A stretch of DNA of 20,000 nucleotides from an uncultured virus (IMG/VR IMGVR_UViG_3300020185_000029) (IMGVR_UViG_3300020185_000029:58183-78182), one strand, 5' to 3'. Positions 1-9,200 are shown, counted from the first letter of the stretch. The notes: a model not told the origin generated them from the letters alone. Translations and numbers: made by a program.

Positions 1-1
1 A

Positions 2-1051
2 AATAGCGAATTGATCTGTATCTACCGAATTACCAGTACTTCCAGCAGTTACAATACTAAAGTCAAACTCAGTGTTCGATGTGCCGTTGAATAGATCAAC
101 AAGAGAACCTGTTGACATATCAGTGACATTAAAATCGAAGCTTACTGTTCCATCGATTGGTGTTTGCAATGGGCGAGCAAAAACGAATTGACTTCCTAGT
201 CTTTCAAGGTTGTCACGAGCAACTGGAACGCTAACGGAAAACGAATTGATATTCGATTCTGTAATGTTAACACCCATGTTACCCGAAAGAGCATTGATGT
301 TAAGTTTAATTCCACCTTGTTTGATGACCGCTGGCATTGTAGAACCTGCACCAGCAAAAGCTCCAGTGGAGTCTTGTGAGATTGCAGGAATATCATATTG
401 CCACCCAGTAACCTTGTCTCCATTTTCTGGGAAAATTGCTGGAGAAATGTTGCCAGTACTATTAGAATTAACTACGTAATTAGAACCTTCAACAGAAACT
501 GTAGATTCCATGAACCCACCAACACTTGCGCTAACTTCATAATTAGTTATGAAGCCATTCGACAAGCAAACTACAAAGTCCTCTGAATCGGCAGAGGTAT
601 CTCCATAAACGGACTTACCTTCTGGGACGAATTGTGCGAAATAGTTCTTGGAATCATTTGTAGAATCAAAGAATCCAGACAAGCAATTTCTCAAGCCACT
701 TACATTTCCAGCAATAGTGGAAGTTTCAAGGGACACTGGAAATCCAAGAATAGCTTCGTTCAATCCATTATTAGTGAAATAAGTGAAATCGAAGGTTGGG
801 GTCGGTGCAGAAGTAGCTAATTTGGCAAGAGTAGTAGCTTGTCCAAATTGATTAATGTTCTGAAGAGGGTTGTCGAAAGAGTCGGAGAACGACTGTACTC
901 TGAATAGTGGTCTGATTTGGTTATCACCGCTTGATCCACTTAATAGATTGGTGTAACCGTAAAGACCATCTGCAAAGTGTCTGCCAGTTGCTGGCGAAGG
1001 GCCTACAAATAGGCCAGCACTTTCATATCTTGTTTGAATTCTTTTTGCCAT
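2..1051 (-). CDS. Putative major tail (tube) protein, 3'-truncated by the window edge
   Basis: Absent from the ORF track because there is no stop in the window. ATG at 1051 reads MAKRIQTRYESAGLFVGPSPATG... and the frame stays open to the window start (about 350 codons). It is S/T/G/N-rich and beta-type, follows the neck genes, and has its own late-type promoter motif. Confidence 0.75.
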   Translation of the reverse strand, partial: MAKRIQTRYESAGLFVGPSPATGRHFADGLYGYTNLLSGSSGDNQIRPLFRVQSFSDSFDNPLQNINQFGQATTLAKLATSAPTPTFDFTYFTNNGLNEAILGFPVSLETSTIAGNVSGLRNCLSGFFDSTNDSKNYFAQFVPEGKSVYGDTSADSEDFVVCLSNGFITNYEVSASVGGFMESTVSVEGSNYVVNSNSTGNISPAIFPENGDKVTGWQYDIPAISQDSTGAFAGAGSTMPAVIKQGGIKLNINALSGNMGVNITESNINSFSVSVPVARDNLERLGSQFVFARPLQTPIDGTVSFDFNVTDMSTGSLVDLFNGTSNTEFDFSIVTAGSTGNSVDTDQFAI

Positions 1052-1080
1052 AGTTTTAAAAAAGTTGGGTTATAATAGTT

Positions 1081-1107
1081 AATACATTTTATTTGCGAAA
1101 TTGTGAA
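1081..1107 (-). promoter_or_regulatory. Putative late promoter TTCACAA-N14-TGTATT
   Basis: TTCACAA at 1107-1101 and TGTATT at 1086-1081, the same spacing as the other copies. Confidence 0.7.
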
Positions 1108-1944
1108 TCATTTTCTTGGGAACCTATAAGCTATAATCGAAAATTCTGCATAGCCTATATTAAACTCTGAAAATTCATTATCTACACTATTTGTAGAGTT
1201 TATAGTCACCTTATCAATATAAGCTTTTTCATACCCACCGCTAAATGCTGCGTTGATATCATTGTAGCTATATTCTGGATCTTTTAAGTCACCCTTAAAG
1301 TCCCAAGGTATTTTTTCAAAGTCTCCTACCGAAAAGTAATTTTCCCTCAAATCTCTAAATATAGATAAAGCTCCATCCAAATCATAGTAATTATCAGTTA
1401 AAACTAAAGTCTGTAAGTTATAAGTTACTTCATCTAGGCCACCAAATGCGAGAGGCTCGCTAGAGCTATTTTTAGAACTGACTATAATGCATGGGGCATT
1501 TATTCTCAAATTATTAGATCCAGTTAAAAAGTTCAACGGGTCCTTGGACCTAAAAGCTTCTCTCAATAAAACCTGAGTTTCATTTTCTGGTTTAAAGTAT
1601 ACGTTAAAGTCCTTGTATGCGAATGCTCCCGACACTGGAGAGTCTCCAAAGTCTTCATGATAAGCGCCACCATTTAAAAAGTCTATAGACAATCCACTAG
1701 TACCTCTATTCACCTCTTCGCCATTTACATAAACTCCACTTGGGATTATAGCACCAGTAATTGAGTGATCATAAACCCACTGACCATAAGGACTATTTGA
1801 AAAGGTTAGTCCATTAATATTATTTTGATCGTTTGGGTAAAAAATTCCAGTAGTATTAGTAAAAGCCTGCCCCTTCTCTAAGAGCCTGTTTTCTAGATAT
1901 AGAGTAAAATAAGACCCTAGCTTATGATCGTATTGCGGTATCAT
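1108..1944 (-). CDS. Putative tail terminator / tail-completion protein
   Basis: 278 aa, last connector gene before the tail tube, with an ATGA overlap to the upstream gene. The C-terminal half (PCIIVS...YNLQTLVLTD...AEFSIIAYRFPR) fits a tail-terminator-like beta/alpha pattern. The call rests mainly on synteny. Confidence 0.55.
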   Translation of the reverse strand: MIPQYDHKLGSYFTLYLENRLLEKGQAFTNTTGIFYPNDQNNINGLTFSNSPYGQWVYDHSITGAIIPSGVYVNGEEVNRGTSGLSIDFLNGGAYHEDFGDSPVSGAFAYKDFNVYFKPENETQVLLREAFRSKDPLNFLTGSNNLRINAPCIIVSSKNSSSEPLAFGGLDEVTYNLQTLVLTDNYYDLDGALSIFRDLRENYFSVGDFEKIPWDFKGDLKDPEYSYNDINAAFSGGYEKAYIDKVTINSTNSVDNEFSEFNIGYAEFSIIAYRFPRK

Positions 1945-2507
1945 CTATTCCCCCCTCTAAGTTTTGTTTCAAAAATATCTCTTAATCTGTCTAGATACGA
2001 ACTATCTCTTGGCTCACTCTCCCTGTTTATTGAGTTTTTAATCTGATAACCAAGCTCAGACCTACCAGCACCTGGCTTAAATAAGAATTTTTCAATACTT
2101 CCTAGCCCCTCCTGCAACGCTTGCACCCAAGTCTTTGCAGTCCACGGTAGACTCAATCGATCATCATTATAAATTTCTGGCCTTGATGGATATTGTATTT
2201 GAAACTTGTAAAATGCTCTATTTTTATCTCTAGTAGTGCTAGGCCTAGTATTCAGTTGAATTTTTTCTTCGAAAGATTCTTTTATATCTTGCACTGGATT
2301 TTGTGATGGCTCTAAGCCGAAGTAACCTCTTGTTTTATCATCAGACTGAACCATTTGTGACGACCTATCAGAGCCAACCTCCGACAAAAACTGCCTCTTA
2401 GATCTTTTGAAATCGGCAGACATTTTTTTTATTGCGCTAGACCTAGCCTTTCTTCCAGTTAAGGCTTTCGTAATTTTCTTATTTATCTGTGCCTTGAAGA
2501 TTGCCAT
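1941..2507 (-). CDS. Putative neck protein (basic, HK97 gp10-like position)
   Basis: 188 aa, K/R-rich, located between the head-closure and tail-terminator candidates, with TAATG coupling at 2507. Confidence 0.5.
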   Translation of the reverse strand: MAIFKAQINKKITKALTGRKARSSAIKKMSADFKRSKRQFLSEVGSDRSSQMVQSDDKTRGYFGLEPSQNPVQDIKESFEEKIQLNTRPSTTRDKNRAFYKFQIQYPSRPEIYNDDRLSLPWTAKTWVQALQEGLGSIEKFLFKPGAGRSELGYQIKNSINRESEPRDSSYLDRLRDIFETKLRGGNR

Positions 2508-2950
2508 TAGTTAATTTTCTCTAGGAAGTAAGTGTAGAAGTTATTTTGCAGTAAGCCGTGTCTTCTTGGTTCTGAAATTAAATCATAAAACTCTTCATCC
2601 CAATAAACGTCCTTTGAGTCTTCTAAAAAATCTCTTCCCGTTATATCAGTTACTAGCTTAATTCTAGGGCTTGCTGCAACACTACCCTGATTTCCGTCTA
2701 TTGGCTTAAATTCAGTACCTCTGTCTAGATAATATGCCCTAGCCAAAAACATTCCACTGGTTTGAGTTTCAACAGTTTTACTATTCTCAATGCTATTTTG
2801 ATAATAAGAGTTATGAGCGCTACTCTCACTAATAACAGTAGTAGTACCTTTTTTGATAGCAAATAATTTGTTTTTACTAGCAAAAAAATTATGCAAACTC
2901 ATCATTCCATCATTAACACTATCTTGCTGACTGTCGGTCAATACTATCAT
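2507..2950 (-). CDS. Putative head-closure (stopper) protein
   Basis: 147 aa, beta-rich, second connector gene, with TAATG coupling at 2950. Function is from synteny only. Confidence 0.5.
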   Translation of the reverse strand: MIVLTDSQQDSVNDGMMSLHNFFASKNKLFAIKKGTTTVISESSAHNSYYQNSIENSKTVETQTSGMFLARAYYLDRGTEFKPIDGNQGSVAASPRIKLVTDITGRDFLEDSKDVYWDEEFYDLISEPRRHGLLQNNFYTYFLEKIN

Positions 2951-3405
2951 TAATACTTGAAGCCAGTTAAATTCTCTTGAGGGTCTCTTGGTCCAGACCT
3001 ATTATATTTATATAGATTTACTAAATCCGTAGACCTGCTATCCATATCTCTAGCAATTTTATATATCTCCACAGAGGAATCCTTACTCTTTTCAAAAGTA
3101 ACTGAACTTTCGTCATCCTTTATAGAGACAATGTTTCCGCCACTAGAGCTTTTTATTAAGATATCCCTAGATAGATTTGTATAATACTCAACATAGTATA
3201 GAGACTTTAAGATGTCTTTTTCGTCTTGATGTAATAGAGGTGCATATTCTCCAGAATTTAAACTGTAGTTAGTAGAAATCTTATTGTTTAATTTCCCGAC
3301 GTTGTATTCTAGCCAAAGGTTTATTCTATTTTGACTTGGTTCGCTAGGGAAATTTAACTCTTGATGAAGCTCATAAGCAACTCCTGTTAATTGGTACGTA
3401 GACAT
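2950..3405 (-). CDS. Putative head-tail adaptor protein
   Basis: 151 aa and helical, with a 'SIKDDESSVTFEK' hairpin segment typical of adaptors (s.k.gd.svsy pattern). It is the first connector gene after the capsid region. Confidence 0.55.
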   Translation of the reverse strand: MSTYQLTGVAYELHQELNFPSEPSQNRINLWLEYNVGKLNNKISTNYSLNSGEYAPLLHQDEKDILKSLYYVEYYTNLSRDILIKSSSGGNIVSIKDDESSVTFEKSKDSSVEIYKIARDMDSRSTDLVNLYKYNRSGPRDPQENLTGFKY

Positions 3406-3412
3406 AACTATT

Positions 3413-3439
3413 ATTACAGTTAAAAAACCCTACAAAGAA
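3413..3439 (-). promoter_or_regulatory. Putative late promoter (weak upstream box) TTCtttg-N14-TGTAAT
   Basis: TTC at 3439-3437 and TGTAAT at 3418-3413, followed by 7 nt and the ATG at 3405. Confidence 0.55.
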
Positions 3440-3440
3440 A

Positions 3441-3764
3441 TTAAATCCCCTTCTTCAGAACTTCATCTAGCTTCTTTTGTTTGGTCTTAGTCAGCTTTTT
3501 TGATAAATCTTGATTCATCAATTGGCCAGTAGATTTTCTGAATGCAGCCAAGCATTTTTTTTCAAAAGTTTCTCTACCTTTCAAGGATCTGTTTGGCTTA
3601 ATACCAAATTCTTCTAAACCATGCCTATATAGTTTTTCCATAGGCATCTTACTAATAAGAATTTTATAATCCAAAAACTGAGAAACACCTGCTACTGACT
3701 TTTTATTACCCAAAGCGCTTACCAAAGTATCACTGCCATTAATTTTTCCATTAATTTTTTCCAT
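3441..3764 (-). CDS. Hypothetical basic protein, 107 aa (MEKINGKING...)
   Basis: The true start is probably the ATG at 3764, not 4142. It lies downstream of the capsid terminator and 13 nt from a TGTATA box. The upstream extension in the ORF track is a Leu-rich shadow frame of the capsid gene. Confidence 0.75.
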   Translation of the reverse strand: MEKINGKINGSDTLVSALGNKKSVAGVSQFLDYKILISKMPMEKLYRHGLEEFGIKPNRSLKGRETFEKKCLAAFRKSTGQLMNQDLSKKLTKTKQKKLDEVLKKGI

Positions 3765-3771
3765 ATTATTA

Positions 3772-3798
3772 TATACAGGTGTAGCGTCCTTTTGGGAA
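3772..3798 (-). promoter_or_regulatory. Putative late promoter TTCCCAA-N14-TGTATA
   Basis: TTCCCAA at 3798-3792 and TGTATA at 3777-3772, followed by 7 nt and the ATG at 3764. Confidence 0.7.
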
Positions 3799-3816
3799 AA
3801 TTCTAAACTTAGGCAC

Positions 3817-3845
3817 AAAAAAATCCCGCCATTTCTGACGGGATT
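3817..3845 (-). terminator. Rho-independent terminator after the major capsid gene
   Basis: The minus strand reads AATCCCGTCA-GAAA-TGGCGGGATT-TTTTT, a hairpin with a GNRA loop and a U-tract, 20 nt after the MCP stop. Confidence 0.85.
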
Positions 3846-3864
3846 AGTTTTGATTTTATTAGTT

Positions 3865-5004
3865 CTAGATCGCGATAGCGAAGAGGTTTCTTGGCTCAAC
3901 GCTAAGATAACCTGCTTCAGTTGTTCCGTAGAATCCAACCTTACCTTCTCTGGCAACAAACTGGTTGTCAGGAAGAGCATTGAATGTCGAACCACTTTCA
4001 CTGTCGTTGATTTCAACCTTAACAAGACCGTTAACATCAACAGATCTGTTGATACCAAGAACGATTTGCTCAGTAGCACCATTGAATTGTGCTGTACCAG
4101 TTCCTGCATTATCAGGATAAGCATTAGAACCTGCAAACGCATCGAAGATGGTATTGAAGTCCTGACCTACGCCCATTTCAACCATTTGGATGATGTTGCA
4201 ACCATACAGGGTTGGGATACCAGCAGCACCATACACTTCGTTACGAAGCGAATCAGGAGCAGCAATGCCGTCCTCTGTGTTAGCAGGAGCGCCACCATCA
4301 GCAGCAACAGTATTCATTGGGTTATAAGCGATAGCGCGAATGTCTTCAACGATTTCAGGAGAAACTAGCAGATCAGTAATGCCACGAGCGCCCGAAGCGT
4401 TAGGAGTTCCGCCAAGAGCAGAAGTAACGATACGAGAAGCAAGAGTTTCAAGTCGGTTCAAGTCGGCAAGAACGAATCTGCCAGCTTGGTGCGAACGAGT
4501 AACGTGATACTGATCGTTAGTTTGAACATTAGCAACCGAATCAAGGATTGGCTGGATGCCTTGGCGCTTCATCTTGAAGCGAACTTCGTTGATCATCTTG
4601 CGAATACCATTTTCAGCGTGTTGAATACGTCCAGCCTTAAGATACTTACGATACATTGCGATAGCAGCTGTAACTACGAAAGTAGTGAAGGGGATGTCAT
4701 CAGCACCAGTCAATTGGCTGTATGCAAGATCGCCTGGTTGGCTAGAGAATGTTACACGAACATAGTCTGGCTTATCGACGTTATAAAAATCATCGAGAGG
4801 AATAGTGCGAGGCTCAAACTCTCCAACGGAAATAGTATCATACAAAGAATCGATGATATTAGTTTCGTCAAGAACCTTTCTTGCAAGAGGGCCAACTAGG
4901 TTTGCGAAAACCTTCATTGCTTTTGCAGAAGTTTCCTCGTCACTCGAACCCATTGCCTTAATAAGGGCGATTTGTTCTGGTTTTTCTTTTAGTTTAATTT
5001 TCAT
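3865..5004 (-). CDS. Major capsid protein (HK97 fold expected)
   Basis: 379 aa, follows the scaffold and decoration genes, has strongly biased high-expression codons (CGT/CGC, ATC, GCT), and is followed by a terminator. It contains P-domain-like segments 'DLLVSPEIVEDIR' and 'GIPTLYGCNII'. Confidence 0.85.
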   Translation of the reverse strand: MKIKLKEKPEQIALIKAMGSSDEETSAKAMKVFANLVGPLARKVLDETNIIDSLYDTISVGEFEPRTIPLDDFYNVDKPDYVRVTFSSQPGDLAYSQLTGADDIPFTTFVVTAAIAMYRKYLKAGRIQHAENGIRKMINEVRFKMKRQGIQPILDSVANVQTNDQYHVTRSHQAGRFVLADLNRLETLASRIVTSALGGTPNASGARGITDLLVSPEIVEDIRAIAYNPMNTVAADGGAPANTEDGIAAPDSLRNEVYGAAGIPTLYGCNIIQMVEMGVGQDFNTIFDAFAGSNAYPDNAGTGTAQFNGATEQIVLGINRSVDVNGLVKVEINDSESGSTFNALPDNQFVAREGKVGFYGTTEAGYLSVEPRNLFAIAI

Positions 5005-5023
5005 TTTAGTAATAACTTATATT

Positions 5024-5611
5024 TTAGAGTGACAGTTGGATGAGAACATCAGACTGACGAGTGCCAGTGCTTGAGATAACTTTTCCGATTTGAAGAGCAG
5101 CGGCAGGAACAGCGCCTGTAACAACAACAGATGTATCAACAAGAGCAAATGTGCCAGCAGCTCCAGCCTTAAGACCAGAACCAGGAGCAGGAGTACCACC
5201 ATTGACTTGATTTGCATCAATCCAAAATAGACCTTCTGTAGCAATTTGAACTGGCTTGCCAGAAGCAACGTAACCATTTTCGTCAGCCCAACGTTTGTTG
5301 AAGCCATCGACTTTATTCCCGTTAGCGTCTACAGTAGCAGTGCCTTCGAGGGTGATGCCAAGAACCTGAGCAGAAGTATCTCCTGCTGCGGCTTTAGCGA
5401 CTGAATATGGAGCTACTTGCTGATTGCTGTAGATACCATCATAGGAACCTCCTACTGGGGATGAGCTGTAATAAGTGTCACTGTCAGGATCGTACGAAGA
5501 AACCTTAACGAGATGACCAGCCTGACCAGTGAAGTCCGTGCGGAACTCAGAAACGATCTTATGAGGAGGAACGTTGCGAGTTGGTTTTAGGATTAGGTCT
5601 TTATATGCCAT
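5024..5611 (-). CDS. Putative capsid decoration/cement protein
   Basis: 195 aa, G/A/V/T-rich, directly upstream of the MCP with the same codon bias. 'VLGITL...VQIATEGLF...PGSGL...IGKVIS' resembles beta-tulip decoration proteins. Confidence 0.65.
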   Translation of the reverse strand: MAYKDLILKPTRNVPPHKIVSEFRTDFTGQAGHLVKVSSYDPDSDTYYSSSPVGGSYDGIYSNQQVAPYSVAKAAAGDTSAQVLGITLEGTATVDANGNKVDGFNKRWADENGYVASGKPVQIATEGLFWIDANQVNGGTPAPGSGLKAGAAGTFALVDTSVVVTGAVPAAALQIGKVISSTGTRQSDVLIQLSL

Positions 5612-5634
5612 AATTTATTTTTTTTATGTTTTTT

Positions 5635-6327
5635 TTATTTACCCGCAAGTTCGAATTCGAAGTTTTCAAATTCATCTTTAAGGGATTTGTATTCATGTTG
5701 AGAGTTAGTAACTTCTTCTGTTGCTGAATTGGAAGCTTCGGTGATTACCGCCTCTGCTTCTTCTTCCGCCGCAGCTTCTGCTACACACTCTTCGGTTTCT
5801 TCTGAATCGGACTCTTCTTGAGAGACTTCTTCACTAGCTTCTGCCTTTAAGTGACTTCCAGCTAAAATTTTAAATCTACTAAGCCAAGCGCCATACTGCT
5901 CTTCATCTATATTCTTGATTTCTTCAGCAACAACCTTCGCTACTTCGCCTTCAAGATTAAATTCAGAACTTAGAGCAGTCATTCTTTCGTCGAATACTCT
6001 TTGTTTTTCTTGCGCTTCAACTTTGTCTTTAATTTCAGAAAGTTCGGAGTCTTGAGCGGCCTTAGCTGCTTCAAGTTCTGCTATTTTCGTCTCCAACGTC
6101 GCACGAGCTTCTTCGGCCTGTACGATAAGTGCATCTTTTTCGGAGATGGAAGCTGCAAACTCTTCACTCTTCGCACGAATTTCGTCGGCGATAGCGGAAG
6201 CTTGAGCTTTATCAACTACGGAATCGAAATTCGCTTCCAAAGATGCAAGGGTAGTTACATTAACTTCATCACCAGAGGTAATAGAAGCTAGCGCATTTTT
6301 ATAATCTGTAATATTTGAGATCTTCAT
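5635..6327 (-). CDS. Putative nested in-frame scaffold protein (from Met273, MKISNITDYK...)
   Basis: In-frame ATG at 6327 at the domain boundary, preceded by a full late-promoter motif. Codon usage shifts towards the capsid-type bias after this point. Confidence 0.6.
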   Translation of the reverse strand: MKISNITDYKNALASITSGDEVNVTTLASLEANFDSVVDKAQASAIADEIRAKSEEFAASISEKDALIVQAEEARATLETKIAELEAAKAAQDSELSEIKDKVEAQEKQRVFDERMTALSSEFNLEGEVAKVVAEEIKNIDEEQYGAWLSRFKILAGSHLKAEASEEVSQEESDSEETEECVAEAAAEEEAEAVITEASNSATEEVTNSQHEYKSLKDEFENFEFELAGK

Positions 6328-7143
6328 TGCTTTATTTGGTTTTACATTTATTTTCACTGTTTGTGAATTTTTTTTATTATTATTTTTAATAATTTTAGAC
6401 TCGGAAGTAATTATACCTTTAACATCAGCCGCAGGGTTCTTTACTATGCCAGCACCTAAAAATAATTTTTCTCCTTTTATCAGCCTATAGATAGGAGAAC
6501 CATCATAGTCTCCATTTCCTCCATAGCACCTTAAGAAGGGTTTCATTTTTTCAATTTCTCTCTTATCAGAAACTATGTCACCCTCGGCAACATACTTTGA
6601 TCCCTTTAAGATTTCAAAGTCATTGAAATATACTTCCCAAGACATAGAAGCCATTCCATATTCTTCGCTATCCTCTTCGGAAGCTTGAACTAAAAATTCA
6701 GCTAGGTCTGGGTTAACACTTTTCCAGATATATCCAGTGCCTCCAACTACGACTGGACCGTCGTAGTCTTTTAGGCTACTTTCCTCTATCATCTCCCTAT
6801 CTTCAGAATACTTTCTGTAGAAAGGGCTAATCAGAGATCCTACGATCATATCTTCCTCGTGTTCTAAATTTAAATATTTATTAGGTACTTGCTTAGCAAG
6901 CTCAAGCGCTCCTTCTCTATCGACCAGATCTCCATTTTTATTTGCATTGTCTGAAACATACAAGTCCGCAGAAAGAAATAATAGGTCTGGATTTTTCTCA
7001 AAGTCACCTTCTGATACATTCAAAGTATCCTTTAAATTTTGTAAAGAAGCCTTCGATAGATTAGAAGTGGTTAGAGATACGACGTTTGCCTTAGAAAGGA
7101 AGGTACTTTTATATTTGAATTTGTCACTTAACGAAGAGCGCAT
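5635..7143 (-). CDS. Prohead protease fused to C-terminal scaffold
   Basis: The N-terminal ~250 aa has 'ANKNGD', 'LNLEH', 'SMSWEV' and 'GAGIVKNPA', matching phage/herpes-fold prohead protease motifs (His and Ser). The C-terminal 230 aa is an acidic coiled coil. It lies between the portal and capsid genes. Confidence 0.8.
   Translation of the reverse strand: MRSSLSDKFKYKSTFLSKANVVSLTTSNLSKASLQNLKDTLNVSEGDFEKNPDLLFLSADLYVSDNANKNGDLVDREGALELAKQVPNKYLNLEHEEDMIVGSLISPFYRKYSEDREMIEESSLKDYDGPVVVGGTGYIWKSVNPDLAEFLVQASEEDSEEYGMASMSWEVYFNDFEILKGSKYVAEGDIVSDKREIEKMKPFLRCYGGNGDYDGSPIYRLIKGEKLFLGAGIVKNPAADVKGIITSESKIIKNNNKKNSQTVKINVKPNKAMKISNITDYKNALASITSGDEVNVTTLASLEANFDSVVDKAQASAIADEIRAKSEEFAASISEKDALIVQAEEARATLETKIAELEAAKAAQDSELSEIKDKVEAQEKQRVFDERMTALSSEFNLEGEVAKVVAEEIKNIDEEQYGAWLSRFKILAGSHLKAEASEEVSQEESDSEETEECVAEAAAEEEAEAVITEASNSATEEVTNSQHEYKSLKDEFENFEFELAGK
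6341..6367 (-). promoter_or_regulatory. Putative intragenic late promoter TTCACAA-N14-TGTAAA
   Basis: TTCACAA at 6367-6361 and TGTAAA at 6346-6341, inside the protease-scaffold linker. Confidence 0.65.
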
Positions 7144-7150
7144 ATAGTTA

Positions 7151-7177
7151 TATACATGGTAACACCAAACTTGAGAA
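7151..7177 (-). promoter_or_regulatory. Putative late promoter TTCTCAA-N14-TGTATA
   Basis: TTCTCAA at 7177-7171 and TGTATA at 7156-7151, followed by 7 nt and the ATG at 7143. It fills nearly all of the 35-nt intergenic gap. Confidence 0.7.
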
Positions 7178-7178
7178 G

Positions 7179-9191
7179 TTATTTGGAGTGATAAATCAAC
7201 ATACCCATAAAGTCGTCACTAAGCTCAAAATCATTACAAATGCTCTCAATCTGATTTTCGATATCTGTATTGCTCAATACAATTTTCTTTTCTATTACCT
7301 CTTCAATCGCTTTTTTCCAGTCCTTTATTTCATAATTCTTGGATATGTTGTAAGCTATAGACTTTGTAATTTCTTTCTGCTTTTCACTAACTTCTTCTAT
7401 CCCGTATTTCTTAGCAAAGGAGCTATTGGTATCTTCCTTAAGACTATCATACTCTGACAATACATCTTTAAGGCTCTTGATTGAAAGCTGTTCAATGCTG
7501 CCGACTCTTCTTTGTCTTACTTCATTGAATCCAGAATCCTTACTTGGAGGCCTTCCGACTTGATTGGCAGAAGGCTCCTTGTCGTTAGTATTTTCCGTGT
7601 CAGAATCCAAAGGATTGTATTGACTATTGTTGAAAATTTGAGGGAAATATATATCTTCCTCTTTTTGCTTTTTAAACTTTCTTTGAGAAAGAATACTCTC
7701 ATGAGAGTTCGGAAGCATTCCATTTTTAGTTGCTTCAAAAAGTTCCTCTGGAGTTAGGAATCCAAGCTCTGCCATTCTAGTATAAACTCTAAACATCTGG
7801 GCATCATCTTCTAGACTTACGGAAGAAAGCTTTACAGTTGGCTTGGCATTAAATCCCATCTTCTTGCAGACATCGCTAAGCTCATCTTCAAGCCATCTTT
7901 TAAATATGTTTTGACCTTTCTGAAGTCTTTCGCAAAATATTTTTACCTTAGTAACCGAATTAGAGAATGTTTCGTTTCCTCCAAATACAGTTTGCAAGCC
8001 TTCTCTAATATCTTCGTTGACTTGCTCATACTTAGCCTTCCCGATGATCTTATCAATATCTGGGATTACATATTCTGCTTTTGTAGTGTAATCGGCCACT
8101 AGTACTCGTTGAGCTTTCTTGTTCTCAAATAGAGTTTTCATATAAGCCATATGCTCAGGATTTGGAGGAAGTTCAGTTCCGTCTCTACCCTTAGCCCCTC
8201 CCATAGTAAGAAGAAGAAGCATACTGTCCAAAGAGCTAATAATCTGCCTATCAGCATTTTTCATTTCCATTTTTAGTTCGATATCATCCAGTACCCCGTA
8301 GAATAGAGGAACAGCAAAGTATTCGTAATCCTGCTTCTGGTAGAAGATAGAATCAACATTCTCTAAAGCTACCCGTAAAGTTTCTTGAGAGCTGCCATAG
8401 TTTTCACTATAATTTTGTATTTGAACTTGTATTTCTTTGTCTAAGTTGTTGAAAATAGCCTTCTCAGTTGGAGTCTTTGGATTTTTAAGTCTCTGTATTT
8501 CGTAAGGGCTAAGTATCTTGTATACTGCAGAGTCATATGTTACTCCACCTTCAAGGGCTACTTGAGCTGGGTTAAGAACTGTATACTTTACTGGTATATT
8601 GACACTGCCGCTTTTAACATCTCTTAAGCTGGTAATATCTTTCTTATCTACCTTCCCACCTATTTTATAAATAAAAAGGTTACAAGATCTGTAAAGCTCT
8701 CTATAGAATTGTTCAGAGAATCCCTGCATATTGACGGCTTCTAGCCATCCTTTGCAAAATGCTTTTGCAGAGCTATTTTTATCGCTGATTTGAATCTCTG
8801 AAACGGAGAACTCTACCATAGTTTCTATAGTATTTCTAAACAGCTGAAATTCTTCCCAAGCCTTTTGGCACAAGTATACAACCTCTTGAATGCCAATATA
8901 CCCATCTGAGTGTCTACGATAAATAGTCCCTCTACCTATTAGATTTGGAAATCTTGCCGCCAACTCGCTGTCAACGCCCAAAGCACTATCAAAAGTTCTT
9001 CCTAGAAAGCCGCTCCTGCTGTTGCCTCCTCCTACCATCCCAATACTCTTTTCGATATTCTCTCTGCTAGAGAAGACATCGTTATAAGTTAATTCTGGCT
9101 GTTGAGTAGAAGCTTCCGCTTCTTTCTGAGCATAGTATGCTTTTCTATCTTTATGATATAGAGAATTTGAGTTGTACTTCTTTTTTGCCAT
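7179..9191 (-). CDS. Portal protein
   Basis: 670 aa directly after TerL and before the protease. It is largely helical, with portal-like segments ('FRNTIETMVEFS', 'YTVLNPAQV', 'YFAVPLFYGVLDDIELK') and a C-terminal 'GRP' low-complexity tail. Confidence 0.8.
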   Translation of the reverse strand: MAKKKYNSNSLYHKDRKAYYAQKEAEASTQQPELTYNDVFSSRENIEKSIGMVGGGNSRSGFLGRTFDSALGVDSELAARFPNLIGRGTIYRRHSDGYIGIQEVVYLCQKAWEEFQLFRNTIETMVEFSVSEIQISDKNSSAKAFCKGWLEAVNMQGFSEQFYRELYRSCNLFIYKIGGKVDKKDITSLRDVKSGSVNIPVKYTVLNPAQVALEGGVTYDSAVYKILSPYEIQRLKNPKTPTEKAIFNNLDKEIQVQIQNYSENYGSSQETLRVALENVDSIFYQKQDYEYFAVPLFYGVLDDIELKMEMKNADRQIISSLDSMLLLLTMGGAKGRDGTELPPNPEHMAYMKTLFENKKAQRVLVADYTTKAEYVIPDIDKIIGKAKYEQVNEDIREGLQTVFGGNETFSNSVTKVKIFCERLQKGQNIFKRWLEDELSDVCKKMGFNAKPTVKLSSVSLEDDAQMFRVYTRMAELGFLTPEELFEATKNGMLPNSHESILSQRKFKKQKEEDIYFPQIFNNSQYNPLDSDTENTNDKEPSANQVGRPPSKDSGFNEVRQRRVGSIEQLSIKSLKDVLSEYDSLKEDTNSSFAKKYGIEEVSEKQKEITKSIAYNISKNYEIKDWKKAIEEVIEKKIVLSNTDIENQIESICNDFELSDDFMGMLIYHSK

Positions 9192-9200
9192 TTGGTAGAT

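Noticed and set aside
3441..4142. The 233-aa ORF overlapping the MCP 3' end in the +1 frame, as a programmed-frameshift capsid extension (T7 10B-like)
   Set aside because: The overlapping part is the Leu-rich shadow expected from NNT-biased codons, and no slippery site is visible near the MCP stop. A strong terminator and a dedicated promoter plus ATG (3764) lie in between.
5017..5307. 96-aa hydrophobic ORF within the decoration gene (possible holin or spanin overprint)
   Set aside because: It is a +1 shadow frame of GCT/ACT/GTT-rich codons giving poly-Leu, with no independent start signal or lipobox. The same artefact occurs at 196-423.
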